In this document: piece after piece, positions 1-7,924 of the stretch
How the letters are laid out: every line of letters begins with the position of its first letter
How positions within the stretch are numbered: position 1 is the stretch's first letter
DNA from: Fidelibacterota bacterium
GTDB taxonomy: Bacteria > Fidelibacterota > UBA8477 > JABMPR01
DNA: 64,000 nucleotides
Assembly: GCA_018650795.1 (NCBI GenBank)
Contig: JABIFG010000272.1
Coordinates: 10,512 to 74,511, forward strand
Reading direction: 5' to 3'
The notes under the pieces: model-generated
Told to the model about the DNA's origin: nothing
Database searches by the model: none
What the model saw: only the letters and a program-made list of their open reading frames with translations
Program-made: the position numbers and the translations under genes

Positions 1-1044
1 GATTTTCTCTCTCTGGGTTCCCTGGTACACCGTTTGGATCCAGGACGGATCCCTTTCCGTAAAGCACGGTCAGTTAACATTCACGTTTCAGGTGGGGAAT
101 ACAATGCCGCCGCAAATCTGGCGGATTGTTTTGGCTTAAAAACGGGAATAGCGACGGCTATGGTGAATTACGGTATTGGTGAATTAGTCCATACTCGGGT
201 TCAGGAAATGGGCGTCAGACCCTTTTATAAGCATTTTGAACATGATGGTGCCCGAGGTCCCAATATTGCCACAGTTTATAGTGATGTAGGCTATGGTGTC
301 AGGCCTCCCGTAGTATTCTACAATCGCGCAAATGAAGCTGGTGCGATGCTCAAGCCAGGTGATTTCGATTGGGAAGACATCTTTAGCAAAGGTGTGCGGT
401 GGTTCCATTCCGGTGGCATTTATGCATCATTGTCAGAGACCACTTCAGAGCTAATCATTGAAGCTATGCAAGTTGCCAAACGTCATGGTGCAGTGACTTC
501 CTTTGATTTGAACTACCGTGGAAAACTGTGGGAGTCAATGGGTGGTCTTGCTCAGGCTCAAGCAACCTTTAAAAAAATTGTGCAACATGTTGATGTTTTG
601 ATCGGTAATGAAGAAGACCTGCAGATGGGCTTGGGCGTAAAGGGTCCTGATGTTGAGAAAAAATCCAAATTAGACACATCAAAGTTTTTTCAGATGATGT
701 CAGACGTGAACCGGGATTATCCCAATGTTAAAATGGTCGCAACGACCCTGCGCGAAGTTGAGTCGGCTAATCGCCATCAGTGGGGTGCGGTGGTCTGGAC
801 CAAGGGACAGCAAGCCATTAGTCCCACTTGTGAGCTGGGAGTGATTGATCGCATTGGCGGGGGAGACGGTTTTGCATCCGGCTTAATTTACGGTTTACTC
901 GATGGTCGTGATCTCGATGAAGTCCTGCGACTGGGATGGGCACATGGAGCCTTATCAACAACTTTTCCCGGTGACGTTACCATGGCCAGACTTCCAGAAG
1001 TAGAGGCCTTTGCGAAGGGAGGCTCCGCTCGAGTGCAAAGATAG
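1..1044 (+). CDS. kdgK: PfkB-family sugar kinase, 2-dehydro-3-deoxygluconokinase-like (5' partial; reading frame is open from nt 1, and the TTG at 34 is probably internal)
   Basis: Frame is open from the window start. Ribokinase/PfkB anion-hole signature GGGDGFASGLIYGLL near the C-terminus. DLNYRGKLW block resembles E. coli KdgK DNNYRPRLW. Confidence 0.7.
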   Translation, partial: DFLSLGSLVHRLDPGRIPFRKARSVNIHVSGGEYNAAANLADCFGLKTGIATAMVNYGIGELVHTRVQEMGVRPFYKHFEHDGARGPNIATVYSDVGYGVRPPVVFYNRANEAGAMLKPGDFDWEDIFSKGVRWFHSGGIYASLSETTSELIIEAMQVAKRHGAVTSFDLNYRGKLWESMGGLAQAQATFKKIVQHVDVLIGNEEDLQMGLGVKGPDVEKKSKLDTSKFFQMMSDVNRDYPNVKMVATTLREVESANRHQWGAVVWTKGQQAISPTCELGVIDRIGGGDGFASGLIYGLLDGRDLDEVLRLGWAHGALSTTFPGDVTMARLPEVEAFAKGGSARVQR

Positions 1045-1070
1045 GGAACTTCAACTTTGTAGAAGCTACT

Positions 1071-1853
1071 ATGAGTTCCGTGGAATATTTAGCCCTGGAT
1101 TTTGATGGAGTCGTTTCTGACAGTATCAAGGAATGCCTGGCAACCGCTTTCAATGCCTTTTCCCGCCAGCAAGGTGACTCAGTTTTTAGAACCGATATTT
1201 CTCAATTCTCAAGTGAGGAAATTCAGACCTTTGAGAGGACCCGGAGTTTTATTCGGCGGGGTGAGGACTATGTATACTTGCTCAAAGCGGCTGCTGATGA
1301 GGTTACTATCAAATCTCAAAACGATTTTGATGCATTCACTTCAAGCCATGAAAGCTTGCGTAGCGTCTATCGTGAACTTTTCTATGCACAGCGACAGAGA
1401 CTGCAGACAGAATATTTAGAAGAATGGCTGGCCCTCAATCCCCTTTATCCCAATCTCGAGACATTTCTCCAGAGGATTCATGATCCTGCCTGCATCTTTA
1501 TTGTGACCACAAAAGATCTGGTCTCAGTTAAGTTAATCCTGAATGCGCATGGTATTGAACTAGGTCCTGATCAATTATTTCAAGCAACTAAGCATTACCG
1601 AAAACCTCAGATACTTAACCATATCCTGGAGATGAACCAAATTGGTTCGAACCAGATCATCTTCATCGATGATCATGCGGACACTATCCTGGAAGTCTCT
1701 AAAAACACTGATTTACGCTGTTATTTTGCAGGGTGGGGATACCATTCAAAAGACCAACTAGACCAGATGCTGGAATCCCATACTCAGATTCTTACATCAG
1801 GTGAATTTGTTTCGAAGCATATGCATTTGACCACAACGGATAAACAATCTTAG
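1071..1853 (+). CDS. HAD-superfamily hydrolase/phosphatase
   Basis: HAD motif I LALDFDGVV and distal FIDDH motif. 260 aa, starting 27 nt after the kinase. Confidence 0.7.
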   Translation: MSSVEYLALDFDGVVSDSIKECLATAFNAFSRQQGDSVFRTDISQFSSEEIQTFERTRSFIRRGEDYVYLLKAAADEVTIKSQNDFDAFTSSHESLRSVYRELFYAQRQRLQTEYLEEWLALNPLYPNLETFLQRIHDPACIFIVTTKDLVSVKLILNAHGIELGPDQLFQATKHYRKPQILNHILEMNQIGSNQIIFIDDHADTILEVSKNTDLRCYFAGWGYHSKDQLDQMLESHTQILTSGEFVSKHMHLTTTDKQS

Positions 1854-1864
1854 GAATATAAAAA

Positions 1865-2404
1865 TTGGATTTCAAACATAATCTTTCTGCTGAATTATGG
1901 GCACTTACAAAGGGGCGTATGACCACTGTTGTTTTGGATGTTTTCATACTAACTGCTCTATATACCAGCGTGATGTTTGCCCATTTACTACCCATCCCGC
2001 TTTACCAATTAGACCCGATGAAATTATTGCTAATGGGTGCCATCATATACTCTTCCCGTGGGAATGCCATTTTAATGGCAGTTTCCCTGCCCATATTCTC
2101 AACCCTCGCTGTAGGACATCCCATATTTCCCAAGAATTTAATTATCAGTATCGAGTTGATCATATTTACAGGGGTTATCACGTCATTAGGGTTCCATCGC
2201 TTTGGCAGTAGTGTCCAATTCCTACTGGCTGTTTTGATTTCTAAAATCGCGTATTACCTGCTTAAAGCTGCACTGATTTCATTTGGAATGCTCAATGCGT
2301 CACTATTCTCCACGGGAATGGGAATGCAAATGATAAGTGTGGGTATTCTTTTTAGTGTTTTTTGGCTGATGAAGTTGCAGTTAACGAAAAAACCTGCTAC
2401 ATAG
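1865..2404 (+). CDS. small multipass membrane protein, function unknown (possibly a transporter substrate-binding component)
   Basis: 179 aa with 5-6 hydrophobic segments. Lies 12 nt after the HAD gene in the same operon. Confidence 0.5.
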   Translation: MDFKHNLSAELWALTKGRMTTVVLDVFILTALYTSVMFAHLLPIPLYQLDPMKLLLMGAIIYSSRGNAILMAVSLPIFSTLAVGHPIFPKNLIISIELIIFTGVITSLGFHRFGSSVQFLLAVLISKIAYYLLKAALISFGMLNASLFSTGMGMQMISVGILFSVFWLMKLQLTKKPAT

Positions 2405-2478
2405 ATCGGCATAATAATAGTTTATCGTTAATTCAATATCCTGATTAAAATGGAAGCATAAATTGATGTATCACGTGT

Positions 2479-3159
2479 TTGATAGGTACATTCAATCTGC
2501 TTATATACCAGCCAACTGGACTTAAGAAGGAGCCCCTTATCTCAAAACAAACCACTGTTGAAGCGCTCATCTTTGATTTGGGCGGAGTCCTGATTGATAT
2601 TGACTTTGAGCAGGTATTCAAACGTTGGGTTAAACTCTCTGAGCTGACGATCAGTGAGATCCGTCAGCGATTTTCCATGGATGAGGCATATAAGAAGCAC
2701 GAACGTGGAGAGTTTAACGCAGAACAATATTTTAGCTATCTACGTGAGCTGCTCCACCTCAAGGCCAACGACGGGGAGATCGCCCGGGGCTGGAACTCGA
2801 TCTTTGTCGGTGAGATACCAGCCACTATGGACTATATCTATTCTGCAAAAGCTCATCTGCCATGCTATGCTTTCACCAACTCTAATCCAACTCATCAAGC
2901 CAGCTGGGGGGCTGCCTATCCCAATGTGGTGCAGGCATTTGATCAGATATTTGTATCTTCTGATATGGGATTAAGAAAACCTGAACCGGCTGCATTCTCA
3001 GCTATTTCAACTGCGATTGGGGTCAGATTAGAAGGCATGCTCTTTTTCGATGATACTGTAGAAAATATCGTCGCAGCCCAGGCAATGGGTATCCAAACCG
3101 TTCTAGTAAAGCAACCATCTGATATCAAACAAGCATTGATCAGCAGGGAAATCCTCTAA
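2479..3159 (+). CDS. HAD-superfamily hydrolase (start codon uncertain; TTG at 2479)
   Basis: HAD motif I LIFDLGGVL, motif II TNS, motif IV FFDD. An AAGGAG sequence lies inside the N-terminal region, so the true start may be downstream. Confidence 0.7.
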   Translation: MIGTFNLLIYQPTGLKKEPLISKQTTVEALIFDLGGVLIDIDFEQVFKRWVKLSELTISEIRQRFSMDEAYKKHERGEFNAEQYFSYLRELLHLKANDGEIARGWNSIFVGEIPATMDYIYSAKAHLPCYAFTNSNPTHQASWGAAYPNVVQAFDQIFVSSDMGLRKPEPAAFSAISTAIGVRLEGMLFFDDTVENIVAAQAMGIQTVLVKQPSDIKQALISREIL

Positions 3160-3163
3160 CACA

Positions 3164-3207
3164 TTTGTAGTGTAGGGATGTAGCATGCTACATCCCTACA
3201 CTACAAA
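3164..3207. repeat. perfect 44-bp palindrome (tttgtagtgtagggatgtagca|tgctacatccctacactacaaa), centred on GCATGC
   Basis: Direct reading: the second half is the exact reverse complement of the first half. Lies 5 nt after the HAD stop codon. No U-tract follows. Confidence 0.9.
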
Positions 3208-3225
3208 ATATACATCCAAACCTAT

Positions 3226-3261
3226 ACGTTCTTCGCGTTCTCTGCGGTTAAACGTTTTTTA
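3226..3261 (+). terminator. weak intrinsic-terminator-like hairpin (acgtt...aacgt + TTTTTT)
   Basis: Imperfect stem followed by a T6 run, downstream of the kinase/HAD operon and palindrome. Confidence 0.4.
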
Positions 3262-3376
3262 TAAATAATTCGTAACCAAACACATCCTCATCCCTCAAAG
3301 ACCTGTGAACTGAAATATTTGACATGATGAAAATTATATGAGGCGCTGGTACTGGGCCTCGAAAAGGGAGAGCAAA

Positions 3377-3745
3377 ATGACTGAAAATTTAACCAAACAA
3401 GATTTCCTCGATAAAGTATTTGATTACGAGAATGAGAAGGAATGGAAGTATAAAGGCGATACTCCCTGTATTATCGATTTCTGGGCTGAATGGTGTGGAC
3501 CCTGTAAAGCAGTGGCGCCTGTTCTGGAAGAACTTTCAAATGAGTATGAAGGCAAAGTAATAGTTTATAAAGTGGACACAGAAACTGAGCAAGAACTCGC
3601 TGGTGTATTCGGTATCCGCAGTATTCCATCACTTCTGTTTGTTCCACTCGGTGAAAAACCACAGATGGCTGCTGGAGCCCTTCCTAAAGAACAGTTTGTC
3701 CAGGCTTTCCAGGACGTTCTTGGAGTAGCCCCCGTAACAGCTTAA
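3377..3745 (+). CDS. trxA: thioredoxin
   Basis: WCGPC active site, about 120 aa thioredoxin fold. Likely start is MTENLTKQ at 3377 rather than 3338. Confidence 0.9.
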   Translation: MTENLTKQDFLDKVFDYENEKEWKYKGDTPCIIDFWAEWCGPCKAVAPVLEELSNEYEGKVIVYKVDTETEQELAGVFGIRSIPSLLFVPLGEKPQMAAGALPKEQFVQAFQDVLGVAPVTA

Positions 3746-3770
3746 CGATCGAAAGACTTACCTCCTAAAA

Positions 3771-3800
3771 AAGCGTCAATTCATCTTGACGCTTTTTTTT
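3771..3800 (+). terminator. Rho-independent terminator after trxA
   Basis: Stem aagcgtcaa/ttgacgctt with a 6-nt loop, followed by T9. Confidence 0.75.
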
Positions 3801-4000
3801 ATACTATACCATGCTGGGATTCGAATTCCAGCCTAGAAATTGAACCCACCCAGATATTGATCCACAATCAGGCAATTAAATCCCCGCCTGGGAAACTGTT
3901 GATTTACATAATATCCCAATCTTCTGAACTCATCAAATTCAAAACCCTTCCCTCCATGCCTGTATCATCTATATTGAGCGCAAATGGAAGCTGAGGACAG

Positions 4001-4954
4001 TTGAATTCTAAAGTCATAGCAGGTGTAGATGAAGCCGGTCGAGGCCCTTTAGCGGGTCCTGTTGTAGCATCTGCAGTTGTCTTAAATCCACAGGATATCC
4101 CTGAGGGATTAAGAGATTCCAAAAAACTCAGTGAAAAACGACGGAATGTTATAGCTGTTGAGATCAAATCCAAAGCTTTGTCTATTGGGGTAGGAATCGT
4201 CCATGAACAGGATATAGATCGGAACAATATCCTCCAGGCCACCTTTGAAGCCATGCGTCAGGCTATCTCCAATCTTAATTACGAAATCAAACAGGTCCAG
4301 GTCGATGGTAATCATAAGATTCCTGGTCTTCGGATAGCTCAGGAATGCATTATAGGTGGTGATGATCTGGTTCCTGAAATCAGTGCTGCCAGTATTATTG
4401 CCAAAACAACCAGAGATGCCATGATGATCTCATATGATAGGCTATTCCCTGATTACGGATTTAAGTCACACAAGGGCTATGGTTCAAAAGTTCATATGGA
4501 AACCCTGAGAGAGTTGGGACGCACGCCTATACATCGACGCAGCTTTCGACCAGTAGATGCTTGCCCAAATAAGAATTACAAGTATTTCAATCTTGAATCT
4601 TCCTACGGCCGCATGGGGGAGATCATTGCAGGAATGCACTTAATACGAAATGGCTACAATCTTCTGGAACACAGTTATCATGCAGGTCGTGATGGTGAAA
4701 TAGACTTGATTGCCTCCAAATCGGATGAGGTCATCTTTGTGGAAGTTAAAAGTTTCGCAGGTGAACTGGACGATACCATTGCTCTGGAAAGGGTAACACC
4801 TGCCAAACAAAAGCAGATTGCCCGGATTGCTGAAAAATATCTCGAAAAAAATGAAACGGCACAACCTGAATGTCGATTTGACATTATCACCGTAAACTTT
4901 TCAGAACCCAAACCACAAATAAACCATTACACCGAAGCATTTTTACCCCTTTAA
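4001..4954 (+). CDS. rnhB: ribonuclease HII fused in-frame to a YraN/UPF0102-family PD-(D/E)xK endonuclease domain
   Basis: N-terminal IAGVDEAGRGPLAGPVV, DSKKLSEKRR and HRRSF blocks match RNase HII. C-terminal about 130 aa (GRDGEIDLIA, VIFVEVKS, CRFDIITV) parallel E. coli YraN (GGEIDLIM, VFVEVRY, CRFDVVAF). Confidence 0.85.
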   Translation: MNSKVIAGVDEAGRGPLAGPVVASAVVLNPQDIPEGLRDSKKLSEKRRNVIAVEIKSKALSIGVGIVHEQDIDRNNILQATFEAMRQAISNLNYEIKQVQVDGNHKIPGLRIAQECIIGGDDLVPEISAASIIAKTTRDAMMISYDRLFPDYGFKSHKGYGSKVHMETLRELGRTPIHRRSFRPVDACPNKNYKYFNLESSYGRMGEIIAGMHLIRNGYNLLEHSYHAGRDGEIDLIASKSDEVIFVEVKSFAGELDDTIALERVTPAKQKQIARIAEKYLEKNETAQPECRFDIITVNFSEPKPQINHYTEAFLPL

Positions 4955-4966
4955 AGGAACACCTCG

Positions 4967-6673
4967 ATGAAATTTATGTCTGTTATATTGTTAAGTCTGA
5001 TCATCAGCATATCGGCTTTGGCTACGCAACCCAGCATTTATGGAGAGAACGGCGTGGTTGTGGCTCATGATCTGGAAGCATGCGAAGCGGGCATTGAAAT
5101 TCTCAAAAAAGGCGGAAATGCTGTGGATGCAGCTGTGGCCGTCAGTTACGCTTTGGCTGTAACCCATCCCCAGGCTGGGAATCTTGGCGGGGGAGGCTTC
5201 ATGGTCATCCATATGGCTGATGGTCAGAAAGCTGCCATCGATTATCGTGAAATGGCACCAGGACAGGCCCACAGAGATATGTTTCTTGATGACAGCGGAA
5301 AAGTGGTTCCACAATTGAGTATTCGAGGGGGACTGGCAGTTGGCGTACCTGGTACGGTTGCCGGTATGCAGCTAGCTCTGGACAAATATGGATCCATGCA
5401 GCGCAAACATGTAATGAAACCTGCCATCAAGCTGGCAAAAAAGGGATTTACTATTCCTTATGACCTGGCCTACTCCTTTGGTTGGCTAAATAAAGCTGCT
5501 GAGGGATTTGATGAAACCAGACGGATATTTTGCCGTGAGGGTGAGATCTATATGCCTGGGGAGATATTTAAACAGCCAGATCTTGCAAAAACCTTAAAAT
5601 TGATCCAAAGAAAGGGCAACGCAGGATTCTATACTGGAAGTGTAGCTGAAGCGCTGATATCGAGCAGCTCAAAGTATGGTGGCAAGCTCAAACTCAAAGA
5701 TCTCACGAATTACACCGCTCACATCCGGAAACCAGTCATTGGCAATTATCGGGGTTTGGAAGTCTTATCAATGCCACCTCCAAGTTCTGGCGGTATTGCC
5801 CTCATTTCTATGCTTAACATGATGGAACCCATGAATTTTGATTCTGTAGGTTGGCACTCTGCCCAGCACATTCAGATGTTGGCTGAAGTTGAGAAAAGAG
5901 CTTATGCTGACAGAAGTGTCTGGCTGGGCGACCCAGATTACTTTACAGTTCCACAGGAAAAGTTGCTTTCAAAAGAATACGCTACACTTCGGATGGTTGA
6001 CTACGATAGCCTTATCGTGACACCAAGTGATTCTATTTACCCATTGAATGACAAGGACTTAGCCGGTATAGAACTCGCTGGTCATGAAAGCGAGGAAACC
6101 ACTCATTTCTCTGTAGTAGATAAATGGGGGAATGCAGTGAGTGTCACCACAACCCTGAATTGGTCCTTTGGATCCTATGTAACTGTGAAAGGTTTTGGAT
6201 TCCTCCTGAACAACGAAATGGATGACTTTAGTTCCAAGCCGGGTGAACCCAATTCCTTTGGTCTTATCGGAAATAAAGCCAATGCCATTGAACCCAAAAA
6301 ACGCATGTTATCAAGTATGACGCCAACAATTCTGGCAAAAGATGGAAAAGTAGTTCTGATTGTCGGTGCACCGGGTGGTTCAACGATTATCACCACAGTC
6401 CTTCAGGTCATCAACAATATGGTTGATTTTGAGATGCCTGTACAGGATGCTGTTAATGTTCCCAGATTCCATCACCAATGGCGTCCAGATGTGATTCACT
6501 ACGGTCCAGGAGCCATAAGTCCTGATACAGCTGTTTTGCTTAAAGCGATGGGCTACGAATTGACTCCACGTTACGGCTATGGAGAGGTAAATGCTATTGC
6601 CCGCGATCAGGTATTCGGTGGCTGGGTTGGAGCGCCTGATCTGAAAACAGCCTCCCATGGAGCCGCTTACTAG
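4967..6673 (+). CDS. ggt: gamma-glutamyltranspeptidase (signal peptide present)
   Basis: N-terminal signal peptide. Autocatalytic TTHFSVVD(K)WGNAVS threonine block and GGF box typical of GGT. Confidence 0.9.
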   Translation: MKFMSVILLSLIISISALATQPSIYGENGVVVAHDLEACEAGIEILKKGGNAVDAAVAVSYALAVTHPQAGNLGGGGFMVIHMADGQKAAIDYREMAPGQAHRDMFLDDSGKVVPQLSIRGGLAVGVPGTVAGMQLALDKYGSMQRKHVMKPAIKLAKKGFTIPYDLAYSFGWLNKAAEGFDETRRIFCREGEIYMPGEIFKQPDLAKTLKLIQRKGNAGFYTGSVAEALISSSSKYGGKLKLKDLTNYTAHIRKPVIGNYRGLEVLSMPPPSSGGIALISMLNMMEPMNFDSVGWHSAQHIQMLAEVEKRAYADRSVWLGDPDYFTVPQEKLLSKEYATLRMVDYDSLIVTPSDSIYPLNDKDLAGIELAGHESEETTHFSVVDKWGNAVSVTTTLNWSFGSYVTVKGFGFLLNNEMDDFSSKPGEPNSFGLIGNKANAIEPKKRMLSSMTPTILAKDGKVVLIVGAPGGSTIITTVLQVINNMVDFEMPVQDAVNVPRFHHQWRPDVIHYGPGAISPDTAVLLKAMGYELTPRYGYGEVNAIARDQVFGGWVGAPDLKTASHGAAY

Positions 6674-6784
6674 AAAATCCCAGGTATCAGGTCTATAGAA
6701 AAAACTGAACTTTTAAAAAAATGTACCGTTGAATGAGAATCACTGCATTAAAATGGCAGGATGTGAACATCGGGAGAATGAATT

Positions 6785-7681
6785 TTGAGTGAAAAAGAAA
6801 AAAAGGCAAAACGGTCCAGGAATAGCAGCGCTTTTCGAGGCTTAATGCATATCATCGTTTCTGTACTGATCCTTAGGGCTACAGTCATTGAAGCATATAA
6901 TGTTCCTACCGGCTCCATGGAAACTACTATCAAAATTGGTGACTTCATTCTGGGCAACAAATTCATCTACGGTATTCGAACACCAGATTGGATCGGTATC
7001 CCATGGACCAACTTTGGATTTTCAGTACCCTACTATCGTTTACCTGGATTCGAACAACCCAAAACAGGGGATGTGGTGATTTTTCGCTATCCCAATGATA
7101 AATGGCCTGGTATTCAGATCGGTCCCCACGATCCAAGCTTGAACTATATTAAGCGGTGTATCGCTGGACCGGGTCAAACGCTGGAACTTATTGAAAAAGA
7201 TGTTTTTATTGATGGAGTGCAGTTTGAATTGCCTGAATATGGTCGTGCCTCAAAGTTGAATGTTTATGATGAGGCTTATGATGAGCGCATGATCTTTCCC
7301 CGGGGCATTGGGAATCGGGATTATTTTGGTCCACTGCATATTCCGGCAGCAGGTGACACACTCGTGTTCAGCGAAATAAACCTTGATCATGCTGTGAATG
7401 TCATTTCACTGGAAGGTCATGCGGTTCAACCCGGTTCCTCAGGTCACCTTAACATTGATGGTGAAAGTGCCGATCATTATGTCTGTGAACAGAATCATTA
7501 CTTTATGATGGGCGATAATCGAGACAATTCTCACGATAGTCGGTACTGGGGACTAGTCCCGGAATCGAATATTATTGGTGAAGCAATAGTGACCTACCTG
7601 AGTTGGGAACAAACAGAACCTAATCTTCTTAAGCGAATCTTCAAAATACGTCCTAGTAGAATGTTCAGACTCATTAACTAG
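6785..7681 (+). CDS. lepB: signal peptidase I
   Basis: N-terminal TM anchor and catalytic SM box (GSME). GDNRDNSHDSRYWG box E. Confidence 0.9.
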   Translation: MSEKEKKAKRSRNSSAFRGLMHIIVSVLILRATVIEAYNVPTGSMETTIKIGDFILGNKFIYGIRTPDWIGIPWTNFGFSVPYYRLPGFEQPKTGDVVIFRYPNDKWPGIQIGPHDPSLNYIKRCIAGPGQTLELIEKDVFIDGVQFELPEYGRASKLNVYDEAYDERMIFPRGIGNRDYFGPLHIPAAGDTLVFSEINLDHAVNVISLEGHAVQPGSSGHLNIDGESADHYVCEQNHYFMMGDNRDNSHDSRYWGLVPESNIIGEAIVTYLSWEQTEPNLLKRIFKIRPSRMFRLIN

Positions 7682-7708
7682 CCAGTCATGTAAATGCAAA
7701 TTCAATTA

Positions 7709-7738
7709 AGCACTGCCATTGGTGGTGCTTTTTATATT
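7709..7738 (+). terminator. terminator-like hairpin after lepB
   Basis: agcac...gtgct stem followed by TTTTTATATTT. Confidence 0.5.
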
Positions 7739-7924
7739 TGTCAGAGAATATTATCCTCGTCACTCCGCTCGGGGAGACAAGCCACCTTACGTAACATTTT
7801 TTTAATCATACTATATAATTCAATTTCCACACTTCCATATTGGGGTGTTGATAACTATAATAGCGCGTTCTTTGCTAAGCTTTTATACATTATTTAAGTA
7901 GTATCTCTAACTTGTTGAGGCACA

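Noticed and set aside
184-408. Numerous short antisense or out-of-frame track ORFs nested inside long conserved genes (for example 184-408, 1102-1419, 9308-9607, 11056-11436, 40942-41406, 61355-61681)
   Set aside because: Each lies wholly within a longer ORF with clear family signatures. None has its own start context or motifs. Treated as spurious.
3801-3900. tRNA-like T-loop resemblance (ggaattcgaatccc on the minus strand) in the trxA-rnhB spacer
   Set aside because: I could not fold a complete cloverleaf. The stem would be 4-5 bp with a 10-nt loop, and there is no acceptor or anticodon arm. At most a degenerate fragment.
7694-7897. 67-aa ORF in the lepB-alaS intergenic region
   Set aside because: It overlaps the lepB terminator hairpin. 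It has no RBS, is AT-rich and low-complexity, and is more likely the alaS promoter/leader region.
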